From the NCBI RefSeq assembly GCF_009914755.1, contig NC_060925.1: DNA of 64,000 bases; one strand, given 5' to 3'. This document shows positions 62,933 to 64,000 of the stretch, piece by piece. The position numbers were made by a program, and so were the translations under genes. The notes under the pieces are model-generated. The model had not been told where the DNA came from, searched no databases, and saw nothing but the letters and a program-made list of their open reading frames with translations. The DNA is from the human T2T-CHM13v2.0 reference genome, Homo sapiens. Within the stretch, counting starts at the first letter, position 1, and the number at the start of each line of letters is the position of its first letter.

Positions 62933-64000
62933 CTGAAGAGATAAACACACACCAATAAGCACATACTTACTGAAAAATATGCAGCATGCTTTTTGGAAGA
63001 CACACAACGCGCAACAATTTAACATTGTGTATATATTCAGTATCAAAGATTACATGTCTGCAAAAAGCCAATGTTAAAATTTATTCCCTATTATTTTTTG
63101 TTGCCAATAGGCTATTTCTAAATAGCTATGTTGAATACAATATTGTATTAGGTGCTTTCCTACATTACCCTTTCTGTGGCATTAAATGTATTTTCAAAAG
63201 ATGAATTATCAAGAGGGATTATTCAAATTAGAGAAGCATACACATTACCAACATTATTGTTTTTAAATAATTTATGTTCAAAGAGTGTTGTTAAAAATGT
63301 ACACATTTCAATACCAATCTGCATATGCAGCATTTAACCAAAAAATTTTAGAGCAAATCATACTAAATTGAAGAGTCATGGATAATGTGAAAATTCTGCA
63401 ATTTTAGATTAATTTACTTTCAAGTTCAAATAATAGAATTATCTGCATGATTACAAACTATGCACTTCAAAGAGTAGTTAGCATCCCTTGACAGTGCCTT
63501 AAAATGCTTCTCCCATATTGAATCAATCTTAACTTGTCCATAATACTAGAGAAAAAAAGAGATCTTACACTGATAACTAATATTGAAAGATAACCTTCCC
63601 TTCATCTTATTATCCTAATTGACCTTTCAATAAAGCTTTTAACAAAAAGCAAAATTAACTGGCTTGGGTTGCAGAGCCTATTTCTCCTGCCATTATCTGG
63701 CAATAATGAACCAAGATATTGATAGACTTAATCATACTCTTCTACCCAGGGTCTCTCTCTTTATAAGATAGAGCCAAGATATTCTAAAAGACAAAGCCAC
63801 ACGAAAACCAGCAGACAAGGCAGCCAAAGTATGAAAACATGATTCAAATCTGAAAAGTAGTACCAAGATAAAATAGTGCCAATGTAAACAAACAAATACC
63901 AACAAAAAAAGAAAAACGAGACTTAGTTCAAATATAATTAATTACGTAAGAAAATCTTATTTCAAATCCATAGAAGTAATATGTGTCTTATCACTTTCAA

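Overview
Human (primate) genomic DNA lying entirely inside LYST (lysosomal trafficking regulator, the Chediak-Higashi gene), which is transcribed on the minus strand. I traced 25 consecutive coding exons, 4359 nt or 1453 codons, with all splice phases compatible. They run from the mid-protein helical region through the PH-like domain into the BEACH domain. My exon numbers (20-44) are recalled from the reference transcript and are not verified here. The introns hold a near full-length LDHA processed pseudogene (+ strand), an unidentified poly(A)-tailed retrocopy, about 19 Alu/FLAM elements, and L1, L2, MIR, LTR and DNA-transposon relics; repeat family names are by eye and their ends are approximate. 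The most unusual region is the intron at 39198-43879. It has a non-canonical GC donor, a 158-bp inverted repeat of about 97% identity, and a 162-nt in-frame, stop-free candidate cassette exon. There are also two local templated duplications, one of which copies part of a coding exon.
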